Assembly (NCBI RefSeq): GCF_009914755.1
Contig: NC_060937.1
Reading direction: 5' to 3' (one strand)
Length of the DNA: 64,000 nt
From: the human T2T-CHM13v2.0 reference genome, Homo sapiens
Position numbers and translations under genes: made by a program. Positions 53,255 through 64,000 of this stretch are shown in pieces (position 1 is the stretch's first letter; each line of letters starts with the position of its first letter). A model generated the notes under the pieces. That model was given only the letters and a program-made list of their open reading frames with translations, had not been told where the DNA came from and ran no database searches.

Positions 53255-53789
53255 GTAAGGCCGCAGGGCACGGCTGTCCTGGGCCAGTGGGTTTAGTGCA
53301 GAGACTGCCTGGGGGTGGGTGGGGCTCTGTGGGGCTGGTGTGGAGAGACTGTCTGCAAGGTGCATGCTGATAGTGGGTGCAGGTACACAGACCATCACCC
53401 TAGCACACTGCAATCCCATCCATTTTACCTGCAGTGGGTCCTGCTGCTGATGGCAGACTCATGGAAGCATCCTTGACTCTGCTTCTGTGGATAGCATCTT
53501 CACCAAGGAGCAGGGCAGCTGTGGTTAGCAAAATGTGGCAAGGCAGGGTTCATGGCAGCTCCTGAATCTTCTTCTGGGTTTGCAGTTTGCACCCTGAATC
53601 TTGGGCTTACACCAGCTCCACACCCAGAGTTCCTACCTAGAAGGCATTTTCTGGTCTTATGCATCTGCATCCCCCTTCTTTCTTAGCTTCCAGCCCAGCC
53701 CAGACAAGACTTTCCTGTCTCCAAACTGAATCATTCCTCCTCTGGCCCTTCCTCGACCCCGTGGTGTAGCCCTTATTCCTCTCCCTCAC

Positions 53790-54080
53790 AGGTGGCACTC
53801 AACCTCTGCCAGAATGCTTCCAGGGAGGGAGAGCTACTCACTCCACAAGCCTCAGTTCCACTTTTGGGCAGCTCTGATTGTTGAAAAGTTCACTTTCCTG
53901 TAATTTCCCTTTTGAGATCTGCCCATGGAAAAACCAAAGAGAAGTCTGCGTCATTTCCTTTCAAATACATGAAATGTATGCCCCTTCTCTGTTAAAGATC
54001 TCTAGTTCTTTCAACTTCTCACATAGTGTAGCCTTAAGGGCCTCTCCATCCCTCATTCTCACATCCCTACAATTTGTTGT
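53790..54080 (-). mobile_element. L3/CR1 3' fragment
   Basis: gggagagctactcactcc...cagttccacttttgggcagctctgattgttgaaaagttc resembles the L3 3' region. Confidence 0.45.
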
Positions 54081-54819
54081 TGTCTCTGCCTGTCCTTCCT
54101 GATGGGCCATGGAGGGTGCTGTGTTGCCACTCTTAGCCTTGCTAAGAGTGACAATTCTGGCAGGCTGCAGACCATGTGTGGACCTTGATCTGAGGGCTTA
54201 GAGGCTTCGGCCTGCCAGCCCTGTGGGGGCACCCACCCCATCTCTTCTCATTGAATGGGGCAGAGCAGGTGAGGGCATGATGGACAGATGGGCCTCATCC
54301 CCCTGCTTCCGTTGCCTGGGGTCCTCGGTCAGCCTGTCTGCTCAGACCCCTGAAACTGGGGGTTGAGGAAGGACCCTCCTGGATCATGTGACTCTGTTCA
54401 GTCCAGGTGAGCAGGGTCCTTGGAGTGACATCTCCTAGAGCCCAGCCTATAGCCCTGAAAGTTGGGGAGAGGACCTGTTAGGAGAAGCATCCCCTGCCCT
54501 GGGGTTGTAGAGGTGATCTAGGCTCCTCAGACCTTGTGGGGCCTCAGATGCTTACATCTCCAGCTCCTCCTGGCATGGGCATCTGGCTGCAGCCCAGCTC
54601 TGTGGCCCCATCTCCCAGGGAACCTTTGGTGTAATCTGCCTCCCGCTGAAACCCAGCCTCATTCAGCCCCACCGAGGCTTTCAGAGTTCAGGTCTCTCAT
54701 TCAGGGTTTGAGACCCCACCGGGCTCAGAGAGACCTGCAGCCTGCAGCGGTCCCAGATCACACAGCCCCAGGGATGGGACCAGGAGCCAGCCCACATCCC
54801 ACCTGCAGCAGTTCCTGTG

Positions 54820-55036
54820 CCTTTAAAGCCTCCCCTCCCCCCGCCCCACCCCCAGGCCACTGGGGGAGGGAAGGAGGAGCTGGGTCACAGCAGGGAATCT
54901 TAGCTTGGTTTTGGTGTGCTGCTGGACGACCAGACCGGGCGTCGGGTGAGCCCAGAAGTGAGAGCAGTTGGCTGCGCCCCAGTGCTGTGTGACCCAGAGG
55001 CGCCACACACCCTCTCTGAGCTGGTGGACATCATAG
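54820..55036 (+). promoter_or_regulatory. GGT1-type promoter and first non-coding exon
   Basis: GC-box tract cctcccctccccccgccccaccccc (54830-54855), then gggcgtcgggtgagcccagaagtgagagcagttgg...catcatag|gtgggg, resembling the recalled GGT1 mRNA 5' end. Confidence 0.55.
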
Positions 55037-56740
55037 GTGGGGAAGCTCAGGTCAGGGCACTCCCATGAGTGTCTGGAGGCCTGAGTTCCATTCTCAGCTC
55101 TGCCATATGCTTGCTGCGCTCTAGAGGAGTTCCTCTTCCTCTCCGAGCCTCGGTTTATGTACCCGTGCAGTGGGAGTGAGTTGCACTTCGGGGTGAAGGG
55201 GGCAAGACTTGTGTGGGCGCATCCTGCAGAGGGATCCCACAGAAGGGGAGAGCCCTGGGTTCTTTATCTGACTGGGTCTGGGCTGGGGGGGCCTCTGTTT
55301 CTTGGCTGATGAGTTTATGTGAGTTTGAGTGAGGTATGCGGGTGGGTGAAGGAGGGCTGGGGGGAGTCACCTGACTTGTGCGAAGAAGCTCTTGAGAGAG
55401 CCGTGGCTTCTTGGAATTAAGAGGAAAGAGTGAAGCATGAACAAACAGGCCCTGGAGGATCTGGCAGCCCTGAGTGGGGGTGGGGGGTCAGCTCTGGAGT
55501 AGAGCCAGAGCTGTGATGGGGTTGGGGGACCCTGTGTCCTTGGGCCATGCTTGCCTCGCTCCTGGGTTCTGTTTGTGGCTGTGGATTGGGGTAGGGCAGG
55601 GCCGGTTGTGCGAGGGGTCATTGCCCAACTCCAGGGGGCACCTGCCACCTCTCAGCTATATATATAGGGATATATATAGTTCTTTCGACAGGTTTCCAGC
55701 AGGTTGTGGTTATTAAATCTTACTGAAGGGGTGTTTTTTCTGATTCTCAACTCTGTGCCGCAAGGGTGGAAACTGTGAGAGACAGATTCCAACTCCACTT
55801 CTGGGTAGTAAGCATCCAGTCCAGGGGTGTAGACGGTCTTGGGGAAGCCGCCAGAGATCTGTACATTCTCATATCCAGGGATAGCGACTTCAGGCTGGGG
55901 GCTGGCAGGGTAAGGGGTGGGTGGGTCCCAGGCTCACCCACAGGTCTGCAGACTTCCTGGGGCCAGCTGACCTCGGTAAATCCCTTTTGTCTAAGCTTCA
56001 GTTTCCTGCCTGTGAATGGGGTTGGGGCTGTGCTCTGGTTTCACCCTTGTGGCTCTGGGGTTGTGGTGACAAAGCCATCAAGCTGGGTTGAAGGATTAAC
56101 CAGGAAACCTCAGACTGGCTGCCGTGTCTACCTCTTCCTCCTACTCCTCTCTCTGCTACATCCTGGGAAGCTGCTCTGCTCAGCCTAGATGAGGCTCAGT
56201 TGTGTGTGTGTGCACGTGCTTGCACGTGTGTTGGAAGTGGGTGGTATTGACGCCAGAGTCAGTGTCTCTGGGTGAGTGAGGCTTGCACATTTCTCGGGAC
56301 AGGGAACTCACTACCTTATGTGCCCAGGACAAGAGCTGTGGGGTCTGGAGAAGACTTCTAGGCCAGCCCCTGCAGTCTTTCCTCAGGTGACATGGCTTCC
56401 CCAGACCCACTTCCCCCTAGGTGCCCTCTCTGCATTCAGGGGGTAGAGGGCTGACTGGGACAGAATGTGACACACTCAGCAAGTGAGGAAAAGCCTCCTT
56501 CATTCTGTAGGCCCTACCTCTATTAACATGTCCTTTGATAAAGTGCCTCCCCTCCTGTCTCCCCTCTCTGGAATCCTCAGCTGCTGCCAGGCTTCAGCTG
56601 TGCCCCATGGAAGGCAGCTCTGTCTCCCTACTTTCCCCAGCCCAGGGTTTTCCTTTTGGGGTCAGCTGCAGGGATCTGGGCCATCCTTTACCCACTCAGA
56701 CTTTCTTCCTGCCCACCTGCTGCTGTGAATCCTGTATGTC

Positions 56741-57074
56741 ATATATATATATATATATAATATATTATATAATTATTATATTTATGTAATTTATATAATA
56801 TATTATAATATATTATAAATATATATAGTATTATATATAAAATTATACTTTAAGTTCCAGGGTACATGTGCACAACGTACAGGTTTGTTACATATGTATA
56901 CATGTGCCATGTTGGTGTGCTGCACCCATTAACTTGTCATTTACATTAGGTATATCTCCTAATGCTATCCCTCCCCCCTCCCCTCACCCCACCACAGGCC
57001 CCAGTGTGTGATGTTCCCCTTCCTGTGTCCAAGTGTTCTCATTGTTCAATTCCAACCTATGAGTGAGAACATGC
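56741..57074 (-). mobile_element. 5'-truncated L1PA 3' end whose poly-A tail has become a roughly 100-bp (TA)-rich microsatellite (56741-56840)
   Basis: ttatactttaagttccagggtacatgtgcacaacg...tatgagtgagaacatgc; probable TSD atgtcatatat (56736) / atgtcttatat (57075). Confidence 0.92.
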
Positions 57075-58234
57075 ATGTCTTATATGCTCTCAGGCAGAGA
57101 GGAAACTGCTGAGCAGGGCAGGGGACAGAGCCCTGTGGCTCTCCACTTTAGACCCCTCCCGGCTGACTGCCATGGAATTCAGCCACTTAGCAGGGCCAAA
57201 TCCCCTGATGTTCCTGTTGGCTGTCTAGCCTTCAGGGACAGGTCATGGGGCCTTGGTTCCTGCCCTGTCATCTTCCTAGTCACCCTGATCTTCAGGGGGA
57301 GGAATAGCCTGAAAAAGGGCTTGGTCATAGCACCTCCACCCTAGGGCTATTGAGGATCTCACAGTTGTGTGTCTGGTGGGTTCTGTCCAGAGCCCATTTG
57401 AGAGCAGTGGATGACAGGACAGGCCTATGTGACCCAGGCAGGCAGCAATATTGGGTCAGCCTTCATGTCCCCTTCTGTCAGCTTGGGGCAGCTTGGAAGG
57501 ATGATTGTGGGGTAGGTGTTATGGGCACGGAATAGACCTCAGGTGGAGGCTGCAGGGGCTCTCCGGCACTGTAGACCAGGATCAGGGGAGGGAGCCATGA
57601 CTCAGGGAGACTCTGGCCCATATCCTTGGCAGATGAGGGCCACAGGGGAATGGGCAGCACTGTCCAAAGTCCCCTGGGCTGGGTCCGCAGCTGTTCCTGG
57701 CTCAGACTTCTTGGTGGGCTGGTCAGAAACATGCAGTAACTTGGGGCAGTTACCAGGTGGCCAAGTCTGCACTGCTGGGCTCTGTGAGCTTGGGCCAGCT
57801 CAGGCCCTCTCTGGGCCCTGCCTTTCTGGGCTGTTCAGGTGGTTCCTTGGGCCTGGGGTGCTAATGTTTCTGGATGGGCAGCAGAACCAGTCTGCACTCA
57901 GGGCCCCAGGCCATGTTCCTGGAACACACCTTTAGCATTGACAGCAGCATGTGGTGAGGCCCCTTAGTCTGGGTTCTGGTCTAGTGCCAGGGGCACCACT
58001 ACTCCACCGCCTCCAGAGCCATCTCTGGGACACTGGCTGTGAGTTCAGATGTTCTGAACAGGGACAGGGAGAGCCAGAGGGACCCAGCCTGGGGCTCTCT
58101 GGAGGGGCTCGTGGGCAGACAGTGCCCTTTGGAGGGAACTGAGTCTGAAAGGAAGGAAACCCTTTCCCCGGCTCATAGCACCTGCCATCCAGGGCCCTGC
58201 CAGGGCTGCGTGAACTTTAGTCATGCGATGACAG

Positions 58235-58409
58235 GCCGAGTCACCGTGCCAAGTCACTGTGCGCCTCCTTGCTGCTGTGACGTCAGCTTCCCCATCCTCC
58301 CAGCCAGGCTGGATCTCTGTGAGAGGCCTGCCTGTCCTGCACCCTGTGCGGATGCCTCCCACTGTCCACCAGGGCTGCTGGGCACCCCCTGGCTGGTCTC
58401 TTGGACTAG
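58235..58409 (+). other. Possible GGT 5'UTR (or alternative first) exon
   Basis: Strong donor ggactag|gtaagc at 58409/58410. The 5' boundary is uncertain. Confidence 0.4.
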
Positions 58410-58628
58410 GTAAGCTCATGGGTCCTCCGGCCGCTCCTGCTCTTTCCCTGCCTCTGCTCCTCCTCGGAGGTGGCCACCCCCAGATCCCAGTCCCAATTTG
58501 GAGGCCCCCTGAGGAGTGCTGCAGGGGGCCGCAGGCGTGGCTCTGAGCCACTCTGGAGAGTGGGGGTGCCCAGCCAGTTCTGTGGCTGGGACTTTCCCAG
58601 GCAGACAAGTCTGTCTCTTCCTCCCCAG

Positions 58629-58698
58629 CAGGTGCAGCCCAGAACTGTCTTCTGAGGAAGAGGTGCTCTCCTGGGCCCCCACTGTCCCCAGGCCTCAG
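58629..58698 (+). other. GGT 5'UTR exon (70 nt, NAGNAG acceptor)
   Basis: tctcttcctccccag|caggtgcagcccagaac...ggcctcag|gtaagc. Confidence 0.65.
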
Positions 58699-59320
58699 GT
58701 AAGCCCATCAGGGTCACAAGGAAGGGGGTCTGGGTTTGAGGCCAACCATGGCAGCTGACCTACTTTCTAGCCTCAGTTTCCCCTAGTGTGTGCAGCTCTC
58801 ACACTGTTTGGGTGAGAACCAGGCCTCTGGGCTTGGACATTCTTTCAGTGAGTTTTGAGGGTGGAGGGATGGGAAATGGAAGCCCAGGACCTCAGCAGGG
58901 TGTCTTCCTCCGAGCCGTGGACATCTGCCTGTGGGAGGCTGGGCCCACCCTCCCTTGCTGACCTGCTCTGGGAGGAAGGGACAGGGCCCAGCACTGCCTA
59001 CTCCCCTCCCTGTTCTTCCCAGCAGTCTGAGCCTGGCTGGGTGCCCCCTGCTCCTCCAGGTGCCTACTTGGGCCTTTGGGTAGAGAGATTAACAGACGGG
59101 GGAGGCTGGGTCATGGTTGGACCACCCCAGGATCCTGACTGGGGGCTCAGCTCATGACCCTGAGCCTGGGAGAGATGAGGCCATGCCCTCCAGGGCACTC
59201 AGCATGACCCGGCCCAGTGGACGGGACTGGATAGCTTCCTTGGTGCAGGGGGCTGTCATGCTAGGACAGGGTCACTGACCAGGCCAGGCCCCTGCCCCAT
59301 GACTTGTGGTGGAAATGTCC

Positions 59321-59633
<313 letters not shown>

Positions 59634-60535
59634 ATGTGATGGGAATGTTCTGTGTCCATAATAGATGCTGCATATTGCTGGCCCAGCTCCTGAGGCTCTT
59701 TGGACCTCCAGGAATCGGTGTCTCTATCAGGAACCCTTAACCCTGACCCGGACTCCCGGCTGGGACCCAGGGTGTTGGAGTGGCAGGAGCGCTGTCAGGC
59801 TTGGTGAAGGGTGTGAGCTGTCCAACGGGGCAAGGAGGAGGCAGGGCCTGTTCTGTAGTTGGACAGACAGAGCCCTCTAGCTGCTTTCTGGAAGACTGAA
59901 GGGCAGGCGATGTTGGAGGGAGGGAGTGCAGGCAGGGGCTGTGAGGGAGTTCAGATCAGAAACAGGTGGCGCCTGGATTCAGGCTGTGGTGGTCACGGTG
60001 GGGATGAGGGGCTGCTTTGGATTGTGCTGGGGATGTGCGGTGGTGCGCTGCTGTGTGGCTACTGCCAGGTCTCTCTGCTCTTGGTGTCTGCATCCAGGGC
60101 TGGGAGGGGGTCAAATGTATCACACTATCAGCCCCAGGCCCACCAAGCCTGGGGAGGTGGCCACCCTTCCACGATGGCATTTGGATGTTCCCTGTGTGTG
60201 GGGAGGGCACAGGGACTCCATTCGTAGACCACCTCTGGGACAGTGTGTCTGCCTCTGAGGTCAGACGCTCTGCACTGGGACAGGGTGGAGTGGAGGGAAA
60301 CCCAGCTTGGGGCTCATTGGAGGGGCTTGCTGGCAGACACCGCCCTTTGTGGGAAACTGACTGTGGGAGAGGGGAACCCCAACCTCTGTCACCACATCCC
60401 TCTTCCCTGTTGTCACACCTGTCACTTGCTGCCATAGCCATGAGACTTCCCAAGGGTCACTGCTGCCACTCACTGCACAGCCTGGAAGGGAGTCCACAGG
60501 GGACATAGAGTGAGCAAGAGACCTGTGCCACTCAG

Positions 60536-60708
60536 GCCTCCTGGGGGTGTCCCCAGTGCAGCCATGATGATAATCACAGCTACCATTCACCAAGTCCTGC
60601 CCACAGTCTAACCTACTCTATTCACAACACTCCCAGCAGCAAGGCAAGTGAGGTGCTGCCATCTTCCAGGCTGGACAGTTCAGTGATTTGCCTGAGGCCC
60701 CACAGCAG
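60536..60708 (+). other. Possible GGT 5'UTR exon overlapping a MIR-like fragment
   Basis: Donor cacagcag|gtgagt at 60708/60709; MIR-like motif ttcagtgatttgcctgaggccccacagc. The acceptor is uncertain. Confidence 0.4.
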
Positions 60709-60924
60709 GTGAGTGGCAAGTCCAGCATCAGAGCAGGGAAGGCTGGCGGTGCCCCCTGAGCCCCCTTTGCCATGCTTACCACATGCACATCCTGGGCTTC
60801 TGCAGGAATGCCCTGTCCCCTACCTGCCCTGCTCCGTGCAAAACCCTCTTTGAGCTGTGCCTGGGAGAAATGCTGAGAGAATTCATGGAAACAAATGTGT
60901 TACTGACAGCCTCTTTGCCTCCAG

Positions 60925-61206
60925 AGTTCAACTGGAGACAGAGAAACCAGCTAGAGGCAGAGGGAGGTAACACGGAGTCCCCCAGAAAGGTCTGGGCTGT
61001 GCGTGCTTCAGGTAACCTCCCTTGACCTTCAGGAGAACGAGAAGGCTGCCTGATCAGAGAGTCCCTGAAGAAGATTCTGTGGCTACAGGCTTCAGCAGAG
61101 TGTGAGGGAGACCCCAGTTATTTCCTCAGGTGTTTCCACCAAATCCTCCTGTCTTTCGTGGCCAACACCCCAGGCAAGGCTTGGGGCCCCCGTCTGCTGC
61201 TGGACG
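60925..61206 (+). other. GGT 5'UTR exon preceding the ATG exon (alternative acceptor at 61033)
   Basis: Branch point TACTGAC (60901) plus cctctttgcctccag|. It ends ...gtctgctgctggacg|gtaagt, which joins cagagccATG as in the recalled GGT1 mRNA. Confidence 0.7.
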
Positions 61207-61749
61207 GTAAGTCCTGGCCCCGTGGCAGTGAATCTGTGGGGCGCTCTGATTGTGGGCACTATGGAAGCTAAACCCCATGCTCCAGGTGGGGTGGAGGGTC
61301 TTCAGAGGACTCCTGGACAGTGCCAGGCTCTAGGCTGGGGTGGGGGACACAGGAGAAACCAGGCCAGGCCCATCCCTGCTGGAGCTTCTCCCTAAGCAGT
61401 GGAGGCTCAGCCACTGTGAGGAGGTAGGCAAGGCCCTGCAGAAAGAGGGGTGTGGAAATCTGGGGGCTCCCAGAAAGGGCCACTGCTGGAGATGGGGTTC
61501 TTACCAGGATGGGCTCTGAAGACAAGCAGGGAGGATTTGGGAGGGTAGAGATGAGGCCCAGAGCTTCTGGCAGAGGGCATGGCCTGCACAAAGGTCTGGG
61601 GGCCGGACAGCCTGCACGTATTCTGGGAAGCGGGAAGGAGACACAGGCCTTGTGTTTCTGAGGCCCGACTTTAGACTGTGCCCTGTTGGGGAGGGGCCAG
61701 GGAATGTCTGAGGCTGGGCCTGACCCTGCTCCTTACCCCGTGGGAGCAG

Positions 61750-61920
61750 CAGAGCCATGAAGAAGAAGTTAGTGGTGCTGGGCCTGCTGGCCGTGGTCCT
61801 GGTGCTGGTCATTGTCAATCTCTGTCTCTGGCTGCCCTCAGCCTCCAAGGAACCTGACAACCATGTGTACACCAGGGCTGCCGTGGCCGCGGATGCCAAG
61901 CAGTGCTTGGAGATTGGGAG
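61750..61920 (+). pseudogene. GGT8P: GGT-family first coding exon (ATG 61757; signal-anchor TM segment)
   Basis: MKKKLVVLGLLAVVLVLVIVNLCLWLPSASKEPDNHVYTRAAVAADAKQCLEIG(R)|gtgagc; 164 coding nt. It is missing from the ORF track because it is under 60 aa. Confidence 0.92.
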
Positions 61921-62187
61921 GTGAGCGGGGCAGGGCATGGGACATGGGCCCTGAAAACTGGGCAAGTGGACCTGAGCAATACCTTCACCCCTCTGAGACT
62001 CAGTTTCCCCACATGTAAGCTTCGCTTGGACTCCCTCAGTAGCCTTTGGGAAGGGGACGGTGACTCCGAGAGCAGGGTGTGGGTCTCTAGAGCCAAACAG
62101 GCCCCTTTTCTCAGTTCTAAGAGTCTCTGTCTCTTTGGATAAACTCCACTGTTTTGTTGTTTGGTTGCTATTTTTACTTATTTCTTC

Positions 62188-62188
<1 letters not shown>

Positions 62189-62231
<43 letters not shown>
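62189..62231. repeat. (TCTA)n tetranucleotide STR at an Alu tail
   Basis: About 10 tandem tatc units read directly. Confidence 0.92.
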
Positions 62232-62232
62232 T

Positions 62233-62872
<640 letters not shown>

Positions 62873-62882
62873 TAGGAGACAA

Positions 62883-63060
62883 TTTCTTTCTTTCTTTTTT
62901 TATTTTATTTTATTATTATTATACTTTAAGTTTTAGGGTACATGTGCACAATGTGCAGGTTTGTTACATATGTACACATGTGCCATGTTGGTGTGCTGCA
63001 CCCACCAACTCGTCATTTAGCATTAGGTATATCTCCCGATGCCATCCCTCCCCCCTCCCC
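62883..63060 (-). mobile_element. Short L1PA 3' end with tail
   Basis: tttattattattatactttaagttttagggtacatgtgcacaatgtgcagg...ccctcccccctcccc. Confidence 0.92.
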
Positions 63061-63100
63061 CGAAGGAACGCTGTTGCCCAAACAGGGACATGAAGGGCTT

Positions 63101-63637
<537 letters not shown>

Positions 63638-63738
63638 GCAGGGAAAAAAAAATGTTATTAATAAAGTATAGCAATTTCCCTTTTTGTCCCAATTATAAAA
63701 GTCATGTACATTTGTTTGCTTGATAAAGAGGAAACTGT

Positions 63739-64000
<262 letters not shown>

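Noticed and set aside
63076-63094. tRNA-Lys gene
   Set aside because: Only a 19-nt partial match; no cloverleaf and no A box.

Overview
This is primate (almost certainly human) pericentromeric segmental-duplication DNA: a mosaic of gene fragments and retrocopies set in Alu, L1, L2, MIR, LTR and DNA-transposon repeats. No intact protein-coding gene is supported. In order it holds: (1) one 120-bp KMT2C/MLL3-like exon (535-654, -); (2) an old processed NKAIN1 pseudogene (8945-9528, +); (3) an unprocessed partial IGSF3 copy of six Ig-domain exons plus a 60-nt cassette exon (22655-53254, +), with a 1-bp frameshift and a nonsense codon; (4) a near full-length KMT5A/SET8 retrocopy with a 13-bp TSD, inserted antisense in an IGSF3 intron (32208-35134, -); (5) the 5' end of a GGT1/GGT2-family copy (promoter, UTR exons, first coding exon 61750-61920, +). 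From memory this order fits human 2p11.1 (KMT2CP5-NKAIN1P2-IGSF3P2/KMT5AP2-GGT8P), with a partial paralogue at 13q11; locus symbols need an alignment check. I found no new multi-gene system. The best leads are: the retrocopy N-terminus matches the database 393-aa KMT5A isoform; the IGSF3 cassette exon looks like an exonised antisense CR1/L3 fragment; an intronic ATG rebuilds a signal peptide on the IGSF3 copy; the KMT2C exon carries substitutions reported as recurrent KMT2C mutations; there is a 140-bp templated palindrome patch; and there is a composite L1 insertion with a tRNA-Lys-like piece. All parent-gene comparisons are from recalled sequences, not searches.
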